Shown here: one piece after another, positions 1 to 9,059 of the stretch | How positions within the stretch are numbered: the first letter of the stretch is position 1 | Layout of the letters: each line of letters begins with the position of its first letter | Source of the DNA: a bacterium | GTDB taxonomy: Bacteria; UBA9089; UBA9088 | Length of the DNA stretch: 26,304 nucleotides | Reading direction: 5' to 3' | Assembly: GCA_003498085.1 (NCBI GenBank) | Contig: DNCM01000130.1 | Location: 1-26,304, forward strand | Position numbers and translations under genes: made by a program | The notes under the pieces: generated by a model | Seen by the model: only the letters and a program-made list of their open reading frames with translations | Told to the model about the DNA's origin: nothing | The model's database searches: none

Positions 1-2
1 TG

Positions 3-1991
3 GTCGTCTTATCGATTGGTTTTCGTCCTGATAAAGAGATGAAGGCTCTAGCTAAGAGACTTAGCATAAGACTGAATCCCTTTGGCTTTGCAAAGACTCA
101 TGAATTTTCACCCATCGAGACATCACAACCAGGGATATTTGTCGCTGGAGCGTTCCAGGGTCCAAAGGATATTCCTGAGACGGTGATGCAAGCCTCTGGT
201 GCGGCAGCAAAGGCTGGAGGTCTGATCTCAGAAGCCCGAGGGAGTTTGATCACTAAGCGAGAGTATCCACCAGAGATTGATGTCACTGGGCAGGAGCCAC
301 GGATTGGAGTCTTTGTCTGCCACTGTGGGATAAACATTGCTGGGGTGGTCGATGTTTCTTTAGTCGCTGAATATGCCCAAGGATTACCCAATGTCACCTA
401 TGTTGAAAGGAATCTCTATACTTGCTCCGAGGATACACAGCGCAAGATTGTTGAGGTGATCAAGGAGCACAATCTAAATCGTGTAGTCGTTGCCGCCTGT
501 ACCCCAAGGACCCACGAGCCTCTCTTTCGCGATACCATTCGTCAGGCAGGTTTAAATCCATATCTCTTTGAGATGGCAAACATCCGGGATCAGTGCTCCT
601 GGGTCCATATGAACGATAAAGATGCGGTTACCCAAAAGGCAAAAGATCTGGTTCGAATTGCGGTGACTAAGTCACATCTCCTTGAACCCCTTTATGGAAA
701 GACCTTAAAGGTAAATCACAATGCCTTAGTAATAGGCGGAGGGGCTTCAGGGATGAGGGCTGCCCTTGACCTGGCAGATTCTGGATTTAAGGTGCATCTG
801 GTTGAGAAAGAAGGAGAGCTTGGGGGTAATCTAAGGCATATTCATTATTTACTTGATGGCGGCGATCCAAATGAGATGCTCAAGGATTTGATAGACCAGG
901 TGAACCAATCTCAGAATATCAAACTCTATCTTGGTGCCTCAATTTCAAAGATAGATGGGTCCTTTGGTAATTTTAAATCAGAGATTAGGAGTAAGAACCT
1001 GGGGACGACCAAAGAGATTGAACATGGGATTGTTATTGTGGCAACCGGTGCAGAGGAATACAAGCCAGAAGAATATCTCTATGGAGAGGACCATCGGGTA
1101 ATCACTCAGCGGGAACTAGAAGAGAGATTAGCCACCAGTCCTCAAATCTTGGGTCTTAATTCTGTAGTAATGATTCAGTGTGTTGGATCACGAGAGAAAG
1201 ATCGTCCTTATTGTTCAAGGATCTGTTGTAGTCAAGCTATAAAGAATGCCTTAAAGCTAAAAGAGACCTCCCCTCAGACAAACATCTACATCCTATATAG
1301 GGACATAAGGAGCTATGGGTTTAAGGAGACTTACTACACAGAGGCGAGGGAGAAAGGGATAATATTCATTTGTTATCATGAGGATAAAAAGCCAGAAGTT
1401 TATTCTACCGAGGATGGACTGAAGGTCAAGGTCATGGACATTCTGCTTGGTAGAGATCTTTTAATTGAGCCAGACTTACTCGTCCTTTCACCAGCCATCA
1501 TCCCCAATCCAGGGAATAAAGACTTTGCCCAGCTGTTCAAAGTTCCCTTAGACCAGAATGGTTTCTTCTTAGAAGCTCATATGAAACTTAGGCCAGTGGA
1601 CTTTGCTACCGAAGGTATATACATGGCTGGTTTGTGTCACTCGCCTAAGGATATCTCAGAGTCAATCTCACAGGCAAGTAGTGCAGCTGGTCGCGCAGCA
1701 ACCATCCTTTCAAAGGAAGAGATTACTCTTGATGCTGTTATCTCTTTTGTCGTTGATGAGAACTGTGATGGTTGTGCTTACTGTATTGACCCTTGTCCAT
1801 ATAAGGCTATAACTCTGCTTGAATATATGCGTGACGGGGCCATCAAGAAGACGGTTGAGGTGGATGAGGCTAAATGCAAAGGCTGTGGGGTCTGTATGGC
1901 TACCTGTCCTAAGATGGGAATTTATGTGAGACACTTTAGGCCTGAAATGCTTGCGGCCATGGTTGAAACTGCTTTGGAGCCAGTCTCTTGA
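3..1991 (+). CDS. hdrA: Heterodisulfide reductase subunit A-like FAD/Fe-S protein, multi-module, 5'-truncated by the window edge
   Basis: The frame is open from position 3 (VVLSIGFRPDKEMK...), so the ATG at 39 is internal. Motifs: FVAGAFQGPKDIPETV (end of a preceding HdrA module), GVFVCHCGINI, VVAACTP, NIRDQCSWVH, Rossmann VIGGGASG, MIQCVGSR..YCSRICC, and two C-terminal CxxCxxCxxxCP ferredoxin motifs. Confidence 0.92.
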   Translation, partial: VVLSIGFRPDKEMKALAKRLSIRLNPFGFAKTHEFSPIETSQPGIFVAGAFQGPKDIPETVMQASGAAAKAGGLISEARGSLITKREYPPEIDVTGQEPRIGVFVCHCGINIAGVVDVSLVAEYAQGLPNVTYVERNLYTCSEDTQRKIVEVIKEHNLNRVVVAACTPRTHEPLFRDTIRQAGLNPYLFEMANIRDQCSWVHMNDKDAVTQKAKDLVRIAVTKSHLLEPLYGKTLKVNHNALVIGGGASGMRAALDLADSGFKVHLVEKEGELGGNLRHIHYLLDGGDPNEMLKDLIDQVNQSQNIKLYLGASISKIDGSFGNFKSEIRSKNLGTTKEIEHGIVIVATGAEEYKPEEYLYGEDHRVITQRELEERLATSPQILGLNSVVMIQCVGSREKDRPYCSRICCSQAIKNALKLKETSPQTNIYILYRDIRSYGFKETYYTEAREKGIIFICYHEDKKPEVYSTEDGLKVKVMDILLGRDLLIEPDLLVLSPAIIPNPGNKDFAQLFKVPLDQNGFFLEAHMKLRPVDFATEGIYMAGLCHSPKDISESISQASSAAGRAATILSKEEITLDAVISFVVDENCDGCAYCIDPCPYKAITLLEYMRDGAIKKTVEVDEAKCKGCGVCMATCPKMGIYVRHFRPEMLAAMVETALEPVS

Positions 1992-2003
1992 AGGAGATAT
2001 TCT

Positions 2004-2420
2004 ATGTCGGATGAATTTGAACCTTTGATCTTGACTTTCTGTTGCAACTGGTGTAGCTATGCCGGTGCAGACTTAGCTGGTGTGGGAAGAATTCAGTATC
2101 CCCCAAATATCCGGATCATCAGGGTGATGTGTTCGGGCATGATCCATCCAAACCTGATAATAAATGCCTTAACCAAGGGGGCTGATGGGGTGCTTGTCTG
2201 TGGTTGCCATCTCGGTGACTGCCACTATCTCGAAGGAAACCTTAAGGCCCAAGCCAGATCTGATGCTATTTGGCTTATACTTGAGGACTTTGGTATTGAA
2301 CCCGAACGTTTCCGGCTGGAGTGGGTCTCGGCTTCAGAAGGACAGAAGTTTGCCCAGGTGGCTTTGGAGATGACCGAAACGATAAAACGACTCGGACCAA
2401 ACCCCTTTAGGAATTTATAA
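2004..2420 (+). CDS. mvhD: MvhD/FlpD-type hydrogenase iron-sulfur subunit ([2Fe-2S])
   Basis: FCCNWCSYAGADLAG, IRVMCSG, DGVLVCGCHLGDCHY, RFRLEWVSASEG. SD AAGGAG upstream; lies directly after hdrA. Confidence 0.93.
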   Translation: MSDEFEPLILTFCCNWCSYAGADLAGVGRIQYPPNIRIIRVMCSGMIHPNLIINALTKGADGVLVCGCHLGDCHYLEGNLKAQARSDAIWLILEDFGIEPERFRLEWVSASEGQKFAQVALEMTETIKRLGPNPFRNL

Positions 2421-2598
2421 AAATCACTGTAACCTACCCATAAGTCTGTAGAGACAAGTCCTGTCTAGGTTTTCTACACTCATTTTATCCAATAAAGGAA
2501 AAAATTTGCCGATGATATAGTAGAAATAGAGCTTAGATGGAGAAGATGTAAGTTGGATGGATATAAAAGAATCCTAAGGAAGTTTCAACAAATAATCC

Positions 2599-2628
2599 TT
2601 GCTTAACCACTCTATCTTTTTATATCAT
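2599..2628 (+). promoter_or_regulatory. Putative sigma70 promoter for gyrA
   Basis: TTGCTT (2599-2604)-N18-TATCAT (2623-2628), 11 nt before the gyrA ATG; no SD. Confidence 0.4.
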
Positions 2629-2639
2629 TTAATCAAGAA

Positions 2640-5045
2640 ATGGCCGAGATTGTAGAGTCTTATATTGAAAATGAAATGAGGGCTTCCTACCTCGACTATG
2701 CCATGTCGGTAATCGTTGGAAGGGCACTTCCTGATGTTCGTGATGGTCTTAAACCTGTTCACAGAAGAATCCTATATGCAATGTCTGAACTTGACCTTGG
2801 AGCAGAAAAGCCTTACAAAAAGTCTGCAAGGATTGTTGGTGAAGTTTTGGGGAAGTATCATCCACATGGAGATCAGGCAGTATATGATGCCTTGGTAAGG
2901 ATGGCCCAGGATTTCTCAATAAGATATCCACTTGTCGATGGACAGGGAAATTTTGGTTCAATTGATGGTGACCCACCTGCTGCAATGAGATATACAGAAG
3001 TTCGATCTTTCCCCATTACCCAAACCTTACTTCAAGACATAGAAGATGAAACCGTTGATTTTTCCCCAAACTTTGATGAGAGCTTGAAAGAACCTGTTGT
3101 TTTGCCATCTGTCCTTCCAAACCTCCTCGTAAATGGTTCATCTGGTATTGCAGTTGGCATGGCAACTAATATTCCGCCACATAACCTCTCTGAGGTGATA
3201 TCTACAATAATCGCAACCATTGATAATCCAGAAATTACTATCGATGAACTTATGAATATCATGCCAGGTCCCGACTTCCCCACAGGTGGATATATCGTTG
3301 GTACATCCGGAATAAAGTCTGCATATGAGAATGGCCAAGGGATTATCATAATAAGGGGGAAAGCAGTGATTGAAAAGCAGGAGACAGGAAGGGAGAGGAT
3401 AGTAATAACAGAGATCCCATATCAGGTCAATAAAAGAAATCTTATTGAGAGAATAGTTGAATTAAACAAGGAAAAGCCGTTGGGAGTTTCTGAGTTGAGG
3501 GATGAGTCTTCTAGGGATGGAATAAGAATTGCTTTGGAGGTAAAAAAGGATGAAAACCCGCAGGTTATTCTAAACAAGCTATATAAGCATACACAACTTC
3601 AGACAAGTTTTGGAATCATCTTCCTTGCCATAAATGAAAAGCAACCAGAGGTGATGAATCTAAAAAGACTCATTGATCTATATATTGAACATAGAAATGA
3701 AGTAATCACAAAGAGGTCACAATATCGGTTAAGAATTACAGAGGATAGACTTCACATCCTTGAGGGACTTAAGATTGCTCAGAAGAATATCGATGAAATA
3801 ATAAAGATAATAAGGGGTGCAAAAGATACGAAAGAGGCGAGGAAGGCGATAATTACAAAATTTTTGCTTTCAGAAAAACAGGCACAGGCAATACTTGACA
3901 TGCAACTTAAGGCACTTACAAGGCTTGAAGCAGGAAAGATAGAGAAGGAATATCTTGAACTTATAAAAAAGGCCGAATATCTTAAAAACCTCCTTTCTTC
4001 CCATAGAAAAATATTGGAGGTTATAAAGGATGAATTGCTGGAAATAAACAAAAAATTTGGTGATGAGAGAAGGACTGTGATTATTCCAGAGGAAGAAGAG
4101 TTTAGAATGGAGGATTTGATAAAAGAGGAGGATGTTGTAATTACTGTTTCATATTTTGGCTATATCAAAAGGATTCCTGTAAGCGTATATAAAAAACAGC
4201 ATCGTGGAGGAATTGGAATTACTGGTGTTGAATTAAGAGAGGAGGATTTTGCAAGTAGGCTTTTTATTGTATCAACCCATGATTTTCTCTTAATAACAAC
4301 AAACAAAGGTAGATTGTACTGGCTTAAGGTCTATAACATTCCAGAGGGAGGAAGAATTAGTCGTGGAAAACCAATAATCAATCTTATACCTGTTGGAAGT
4401 GATGAAAAAATCTCTGGAGTCATTCCTGTCCGTGAATTTAAAGATGGGTATATCATTATGGCAACAAGGAATGGGAAGATAAAGAAGACAGCAATTTCGG
4501 AATTTTCAAACCCAAGGCAAAAAGGGATAATTGCAATGGATGTAAAAGATGGTGACAGCCTTATTTCCTGCTCTCTAACAAGCGGAGAAGATGAGATTGT
4601 TCTTTCATCAAAGAAGGGGAAAGCACTAAAATTTAATGAAAAAGACATAAGGGCTATGGGGAGGACAGCGAGTGGTGTTATTGGGATGAGATTTGATAAA
4701 GGAGATTTTCTTGTCGGAATGGGGGTTGTAAAGGAGGGGAAAAGCCTCCTTACAATTACAGAAAATGGCTATGGAAAAAGAAGCAATTTTTCACTTTATC
4801 CTTTGAAAAAAAGGGGAGGAAGAGGTGTTCTTGACATAAAGACCGATGAGAGAAATGGGGATGTCGTTTCAATACTTGAAGTTTCCGATACCGATGAGAT
4901 TGTTGTAATAACATCTAGTGGTATGGTCATAAGACTTTCTGTCTCATCCATTCGTCAGATTGGAAGGAATACGAAGGGCGTTTCTATTGTCAGGTTAAAA
5001 AATAACGATAAAGTTGTTGCGTGCGATATTCTCGTTGGTGAGTGA
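2640..5045 (+). CDS. gyrA: DNA gyrase subunit A
   Basis: [33 protein letters not shown], catalytic AAMRYTE, GyrA-box-like QHRGGIG and C-terminal beta-pinwheel repeats. Confidence 0.96.
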   Translation: MAEIVESYIENEMRASYLDYAMSVIVGRALPDVRDGLKPVHRRILYAMSELDLGAEKPYKKSARIVGEVLGKYHPHGDQAVYDALVRMAQDFSIRYPLVDGQGNFGSIDGDPPAAMRYTEVRSFPITQTLLQDIEDETVDFSPNFDESLKEPVVLPSVLPNLLVNGSSGIAVGMATNIPPHNLSEVISTIIATIDNPEITIDELMNIMPGPDFPTGGYIVGTSGIKSAYENGQGIIIIRGKAVIEKQETGRERIVITEIPYQVNKRNLIERIVELNKEKPLGVSELRDESSRDGIRIALEVKKDENPQVILNKLYKHTQLQTSFGIIFLAINEKQPEVMNLKRLIDLYIEHRNEVITKRSQYRLRITEDRLHILEGLKIAQKNIDEIIKIIRGAKDTKEARKAIITKFLLSEKQAQAILDMQLKALTRLEAGKIEKEYLELIKKAEYLKNLLSSHRKILEVIKDELLEINKKFGDERRTVIIPEEEEFRMEDLIKEEDVVITVSYFGYIKRIPVSVYKKQHRGGIGITGVELREEDFASRLFIVSTHDFLLITTNKGRLYWLKVYNIPEGGRISRGKPIINLIPVGSDEKISGVIPVREFKDGYIIMATRNGKIKKTAISEFSNPRQKGIIAMDVKDGDSLISCSLTSGEDEIVLSSKKGKALKFNEKDIRAMGRTASGVIGMRFDKGDFLVGMGVVKEGKSLLTITENGYGKRSNFSLYPLKKRGGRGVLDIKTDERNGDVVSILEVSDTDEIVVITSSGMVIRLSVSSIRQIGRNTKGVSIVRLKNNDKVVACDILVGE

Positions 5046-5049
5046 TTAA

Positions 5050-5077
5050 GGATTTTGAGATTTGGAAATTGGGATTT
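5050..5077. repeat. Imperfect 7-bp tandem repeat
   Basis: GGATTTT GAGATTT GGAAATT GGGATTT between the gyrA stop and the small ORF at 5103. Confidence 0.55.
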
Positions 5078-5102
5078 TAACTGTTTTTATAGGGGGTGAA
5101 GA

Positions 5103-5345
5103 ATGGAGATATTAGGAGTTTGCATGGCTGTAATGAGCCTTTGTCTTACAGCAATAGGTATAACCGGTGTTTATGTTTGGAAAGCTAATGGTAAGATTCA
5201 AGTCCAAATAATGCAAGGTTTAGAAAGAATTGAACAAGGGATCGAAAAAATTGAGGAGAGTCAAAAGGAGATAGCACAGATGCTTTTTAACCAAACAAAG
5301 ATATTAGAAAAGATTGAGGGGAAAATTCCCTCTTCTACTGGTTAA
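5103..5345 (+). CDS. Small hypothetical membrane protein (N-terminal TM helix plus coiled coil), 80 aa
   Basis: SD-like GGGGGTGA; hydrophobic residues 3-25, then the heptad pattern LERIEQGIEKIEESQKEI. Confidence 0.7.
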   Translation: MEILGVCMAVMSLCLTAIGITGVYVWKANGKIQVQIMQGLERIEQGIEKIEESQKEIAQMLFNQTKILEKIEGKIPSSTG

Positions 5346-5371
5346 TGTGAAGAAAGGGGTATTTTATCTAG

Positions 5372-5854
5372 CTAAAATATACTTTTTCCATTAGAGTCGA
5401 TTCCAACATAAAGTGGGAAATCTTCTATCTCCAACTTATAAACTGCCTCACATCCAAACTCTGGATAGGCAACAACCTCGGCTTTTTTAACAAAATTTTT
5501 ATAATATGCCCCTGCACCACCAACTGCAACAAAATATACAACTCGGTATAATTTAATTGCTTCAATTACCTCTTTTGATCTCGGTCCTTTTCCAATCATC
5601 CCTGCAAGTCCTTGGGAAAGTAGAAAAGGTGTCCATTCGTCCATTCTACTAGATGTTGTTGGGCCACAAGAACCTATAATCTCACCTGGTCTTGTTGGCG
5701 TTGGTCCTGTATAGTAAATAACTTGATCTTTAACATCGAATGGAAAGCCGCGCTTGTGCACTTTGTCCCTTGCGGTGTAAATTGTTCCGGAAAGAAAAAC
5801 CCTATCTCCTGCTTTCAAATCATACAAAAGCCCTCTTTCTTCTGGTATCTTCAT
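5372..5854 (-). CDS. Class I Fe-S fumarate hydratase/tartrate dehydratase, beta subunit
   Basis: LKAGDRVFLSGTIYTARD, GPTTSSRMD, MIGKG, GGAG motifs; 4-nt overlap with the alpha subunit. Confidence 0.9.
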   Translation of the reverse strand: MKIPEERGLLYDLKAGDRVFLSGTIYTARDKVHKRGFPFDVKDQVIYYTGPTPTRPGEIIGSCGPTTSSRMDEWTPFLLSQGLAGMIGKGPRSKEVIEAIKLYRVVYFVAVGGAGAYYKNFVKKAEVVAYPEFGCEAVYKLEIEDFPLYVGIDSNGKSIF

Positions 5855-6681
5855 AAGATTGCTTTTTTATACCGTGTGGCATAACATCCGATATTTATTG
5901 CCATTGGAAGAGAACCAATATGACAAGGATGAGTTTCAATACGAACAGCAAGTGCTGTTGTCTTTCCAGAAAGACCTCCGGGTCCAATTCCAAGCCTGTT
6001 TATTCTAGAAAGAAGACTATTTTCTAGCTCTGCTATTTCTTTGTCAGGATTGAGAAATTCCCTAGTCAAAGCTTTTTTTGAAAGAAAGCAAGATCTTTCC
6101 ATATCACCGCCAATACCAATGCCAACAATGATTGGAGGGCAGGCATAGGGTGCTTTATCTTTAATGTAATCAACAACAATATCCGGTATCTTTTCTTGCT
6201 CATGGGGTTTTAGCATAAAAACACCTCCTTGATTTTCACTTCCAGCACCCTTTGCAATAAGAAGAATTTTTATATTATCTTCATTTACAAATTCTGTATA
6301 AACAATCGCAGGGGTATTATCGCCTGTATTTGTCCTATTAAATGGAGAAAAAACAATGGATGCCCTGAGACAACCCTCTTTATATCCCTTCTTTACTCCT
6401 TCTTGTACTGCAGAATAAATGTCAAAATCAATAATAAGTTCCCTTCCTATCTCCAAAAAAACAGAAACAACCCCTGTGTCCTGGCAAATAGGAATCTTTT
6501 TATCATGAGCAATCCTTGCGTTTTCAATAAGGATAGAAAGGACCTCTCTTGGCCTTTCATCAGTTTCATTCTCTCTTGCCCTAATGAGTGCTTTAACAAT
6601 AGATAACGGAAGGTTGTAATTTGCCTCCTTGCAGAGTAGGACTACTGTATCAACGAACTTTTCTTTTTCTATCTTTTTCAA
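5851..6681 (-). CDS. Class I Fe-S fumarate hydratase/tartrate dehydratase, alpha subunit
   Basis: PICQDTG, GAGSEN, ACPP, HPCHIGSLP, NIGCYATR. The likely start is TTG at 6681 after SD AAGGA; the ORF track start of 6705 lies further inside exbD. Confidence 0.9.
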   Translation of the reverse strand: MKKIEKEKFVDTVVLLCKEANYNLPLSIVKALIRARENETDERPREVLSILIENARIAHDKKIPICQDTGVVSVFLEIGRELIIDFDIYSAVQEGVKKGYKEGCLRASIVFSPFNRTNTGDNTPAIVYTEFVNEDNIKILLIAKGAGSENQGGVFMLKPHEQEKIPDIVVDYIKDKAPYACPPIIVGIGIGGDMERSCFLSKKALTREFLNPDKEIAELENSLLSRINRLGIGPGGLSGKTTALAVRIETHPCHIGSLPMAINIGCYATRYKKAIL

Positions 6682-7078
6682 TTTCCTTTTCTGTTGCAAT
6701 AGCAATCCTTTCTGCCCCTGCCCTCTTTGCTATATCCATAATAGCAACTGCATCACCCAAAGAAATCGTTTTATCTCCCCTTATGATGACAAGTTTATCC
6801 TCTTTTTCCATAAGGGATTTTCTCAAGTATTCCAAAAGTAAAGCCTCCTTAACAAGATTGTCATTAATGGACACATTCTTTTCTTTATCGATTGTTACAA
6901 CAATTGCCTCTGGATTTGGAGTCCCCATGATTGTTGAAGGAAGACTGACTTTTATCCCTTGATACATAAGAAATGGTGTTGCAATCATAAATACTATTAA
7001 AAGAACAAGAAAGACATCTGTAAGGGGCGTTATGTTTATTTCAGATATAACCTTGTCTTCTTCTAAAAGCTCTGCCAT
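6650..7078 (-). CDS. ExbD/TolR family biopolymer transport protein
   Basis: EINITPLTDVFLVLLIVFMI TM helix with the conserved Asp; C-terminal VIIRGDKTISLGDAVAIMD. Confidence 0.9.
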   Translation of the reverse strand: MAELLEEDKVISEINITPLTDVFLVLLIVFMIATPFLMYQGIKVSLPSTIMGTPNPEAIVVTIDKEKNVSINDNLVKEALLLEYLRKSLMEKEDKLVIIRGDKTISLGDAVAIMDIAKRAGAERIAIATEKEIEKDRKRKVR

Positions 7079-7085
7079 TTTATTA

Positions 7086-7730
7086 TTACCATCCCTTTCT
7101 GTCTCCCATCAAATCAACCAACCTTTGTGAATACATATGGAGTTCATGGATTATCTCGGATGCCTTTATTTGAAAGTAGTTATAAGAAACAACACCCATC
7201 ACTCCAACAATAAGACCTCCTGCTGTTGCAATTAAAGCCTCCGCAATACCACCTGCAACGACATTCATCCCAGAAGCCCCTGTTGCCGCAATACCCATAA
7301 ATGCCCTCATGATTCCAATTACAGTCCCGAATAGTCCAACAAATGGTGCAATACTTCCAATTGTTCCAAGAATCCATACATTCTTTCTCATCTTCTTAAA
7401 TTCACTATCTTGTGCCCTCCTTATTGCATCCAAAAACTCCTCTTTGCTTCTGTCGTGCTTGAGGAGACCAGCCTTAAATATCCTTCCAAGCTGCCCTCCT
7501 GTAATATCACAGATAGTAATAGCCTCCATTATCCCACCTTTAATAACGATATCCTCAATCCTAAAGATGAATTCCTCTGCATCTTGGGCAAGTCTCCTTG
7601 TTCCAAAACAAAGCCTTCTCCATTTATCTATGGCTATCCAGACACCAACAAAAGAACAAATACCTAAAGGAATCATGGCAATTCCCCCTTTCTTTATAAA
7701 TTCCCATAAAGAAACACCTTCAAATTCCAT
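7086..7730 (-). CDS. MotA/TolQ/ExbB proton channel family protein
   Basis: LGTIGSIAPFVGLFGTVIGIMRAF and GIAEALIATAGGL; directly upstream of the exbD/tolR gene. Confidence 0.9.
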   Translation of the reverse strand: MEFEGVSLWEFIKKGGIAMIPLGICSFVGVWIAIDKWRRLCFGTRRLAQDAEEFIFRIEDIVIKGGIMEAITICDITGGQLGRIFKAGLLKHDRSKEEFLDAIRRAQDSEFKKMRKNVWILGTIGSIAPFVGLFGTVIGIMRAFMGIAATGASGMNVVAGGIAEALIATAGGLIVGVMGVVSYNYFQIKASEIIHELHMYSQRLVDLMGDRKGW

Positions 7731-7747
7731 AGCCTAAAAATTATATC

Positions 7748-8458
7748 TTAAGACAAATTTAATTGTCTAGTTTTTTCATAATAAACCTTTATACCTTTAA
7801 GGGTAAGGTCTTCATCTACCTTAAAATGATCGGTGAATAAACTACTTATATTTCCTGTAAGTATTACATCTGCCTTACCAATCTCTTTTTTTATCATCTT
7901 TGCTATTCCCTCTATCTGGGCAATCGCGCCATAGAATATCCCAGATCGTAATGCTTGTTCTGTATCATTACCAATTAAAAAATCTGGTTTTTTAATCTCT
8001 ATAGGTTCAAGCAATGCCGCCTTTTTCCATAGGAATGAAGCAGAAGTTTCAATCCCAGGCAGGATACAACCACCGATATAATACCCATTCTTATCAACGA
8101 CATCAAAAACCGTTGCTGTTCCAAGATCAACGATGATCATTGGAGGTCTATAAAAATAAAGACCAGCCAAAACATTCGCAATCCTATCCTGACCTATCTT
8201 GTTCTTATTTTTGATAGTTGTCTTTATATCTCCGATAGATACAAATAAAGGTTTAATCCCGAAATTTCTTGATATTTCAATAAACTTTTGGTTTTCCTTT
8301 GGCACAACAGATGATATACAGATTGCAGAAGGTTTTATCTTTTTAAATATATTTTCAGGAGATATACCTGTTGGAATATTTTCTCTAAAAGTAATTTTGT
8401 CCTCCAAAAAAAGCCCAAACTTCGTCCAAGTATTTCCAATATCAATACACAAGAGCAT
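7748..8458 (-). CDS. coaX: Type III pantothenate kinase
   Basis: IDIGNT, SSVVP, GQDR, VDLGTAT, GGCILPG. Start placed at ATG 8458; the ORF track gives 8473. Confidence 0.93.
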   Translation of the reverse strand: MLLCIDIGNTWTKFGLFLEDKITFRENIPTGISPENIFKKIKPSAICISSVVPKENQKFIEISRNFGIKPLFVSIGDIKTTIKNKNKIGQDRIANVLAGLYFYRPPMIIVDLGTATVFDVVDKNGYYIGGCILPGIETSASFLWKKAALLEPIEIKKPDFLIGNDTEQALRSGIFYGAIAQIEGIAKMIKKEIGKADVILTGNISSLFTDHFKVDEDLTLKGIKVYYEKTRQLNLS

Positions 8459-9059
8459 TCTCTGAAATTTCAATGGCCCTTTCCTTTATTTCAGGAATAA
8501 AACTATCAAGTTTATCTAATGTCAAATAGAGCATTTCCATTTGGCCAAGAACCGAAAAAAATATCCCTTCTTTGTCTACTTCTTTTTTTAACTCATTTTT
8601 TATAGATGTCGCACAGTTTGGAAGGTCCTTAATATCAACATTTACATTTATTCCAACACCAACAATTACCCAATTTATATATGAAAGGCTTGAGCTTGAT
8701 TCTATAAGGATGCCACAGAGTTTTTTATCATTTATGTAAAGGTCGTTCGGGAATTTTATCAAAGGAATAAGCCCTGTTTTTTCCTCTATCCCTTTACTTA
8801 TTGCAAGAGCGTTTGCAATGGAAAAAATTGACATTTTGGAAACCAAAAGGTTATAAGGAAATAAAATCACGGAAAACCACAGTCCACCAAAGGGAGATTC
8901 CCATCTGTCACCCTTTCTTCCCCTTCCATCTGTCTGAACATCGGAAATGACAACCTCACCGCTATTACAACCCACAGCAATGAGACTCCTTGCAACATCA
9001 TTTGTTGACCCGATTATATCAAAATGGTGGATTTTATTTAATAAAAACCCTGCTCGCAC
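8442..9059 (-). CDS. birA: Biotin-[acetyl-CoA carboxylase] ligase, catalytic domain only
   Basis: STND, QTDGRGRKG..WESP, KFPNDL..KKLCGILIE, GVGINV. No N-terminal HTH and no C-terminal domain. Confidence 0.88.
   Translation of the reverse strand: MRAGFLLNKIHHFDIIGSTNDVARSLIAVGCNSGEVVISDVQTDGRGRKGDRWESPFGGLWFSVILFPYNLLVSKMSIFSIANALAISKGIEEKTGLIPLIKFPNDLYINDKKLCGILIESSSSLSYINWVIVGVGINVNVDIKDLPNCATSIKNELKKEVDKEGIFFSVLGQMEMLYLTLDKLDSFIPEIKERAIEISENALVY

Noticed and set aside
965-1000. Possible heptamer tract in hdrA (KSEIRSKN)
   Set aside because: Only about two poorly matching units; not distinguishable from chance.
3-2420. Selenocysteine recoding in HdrA/MvhD
   Set aside because: No in-frame TGA; the motif positions are ordinary Cys codons (e.g. 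FCCNWC).
2493-2515. Second sigma28-like site (TAAAG...GCCGATGA)
   Set aside because: The spacing between TAAA and GCCGAT is 11 nt rather than about 15, and the -10 box is imperfect.
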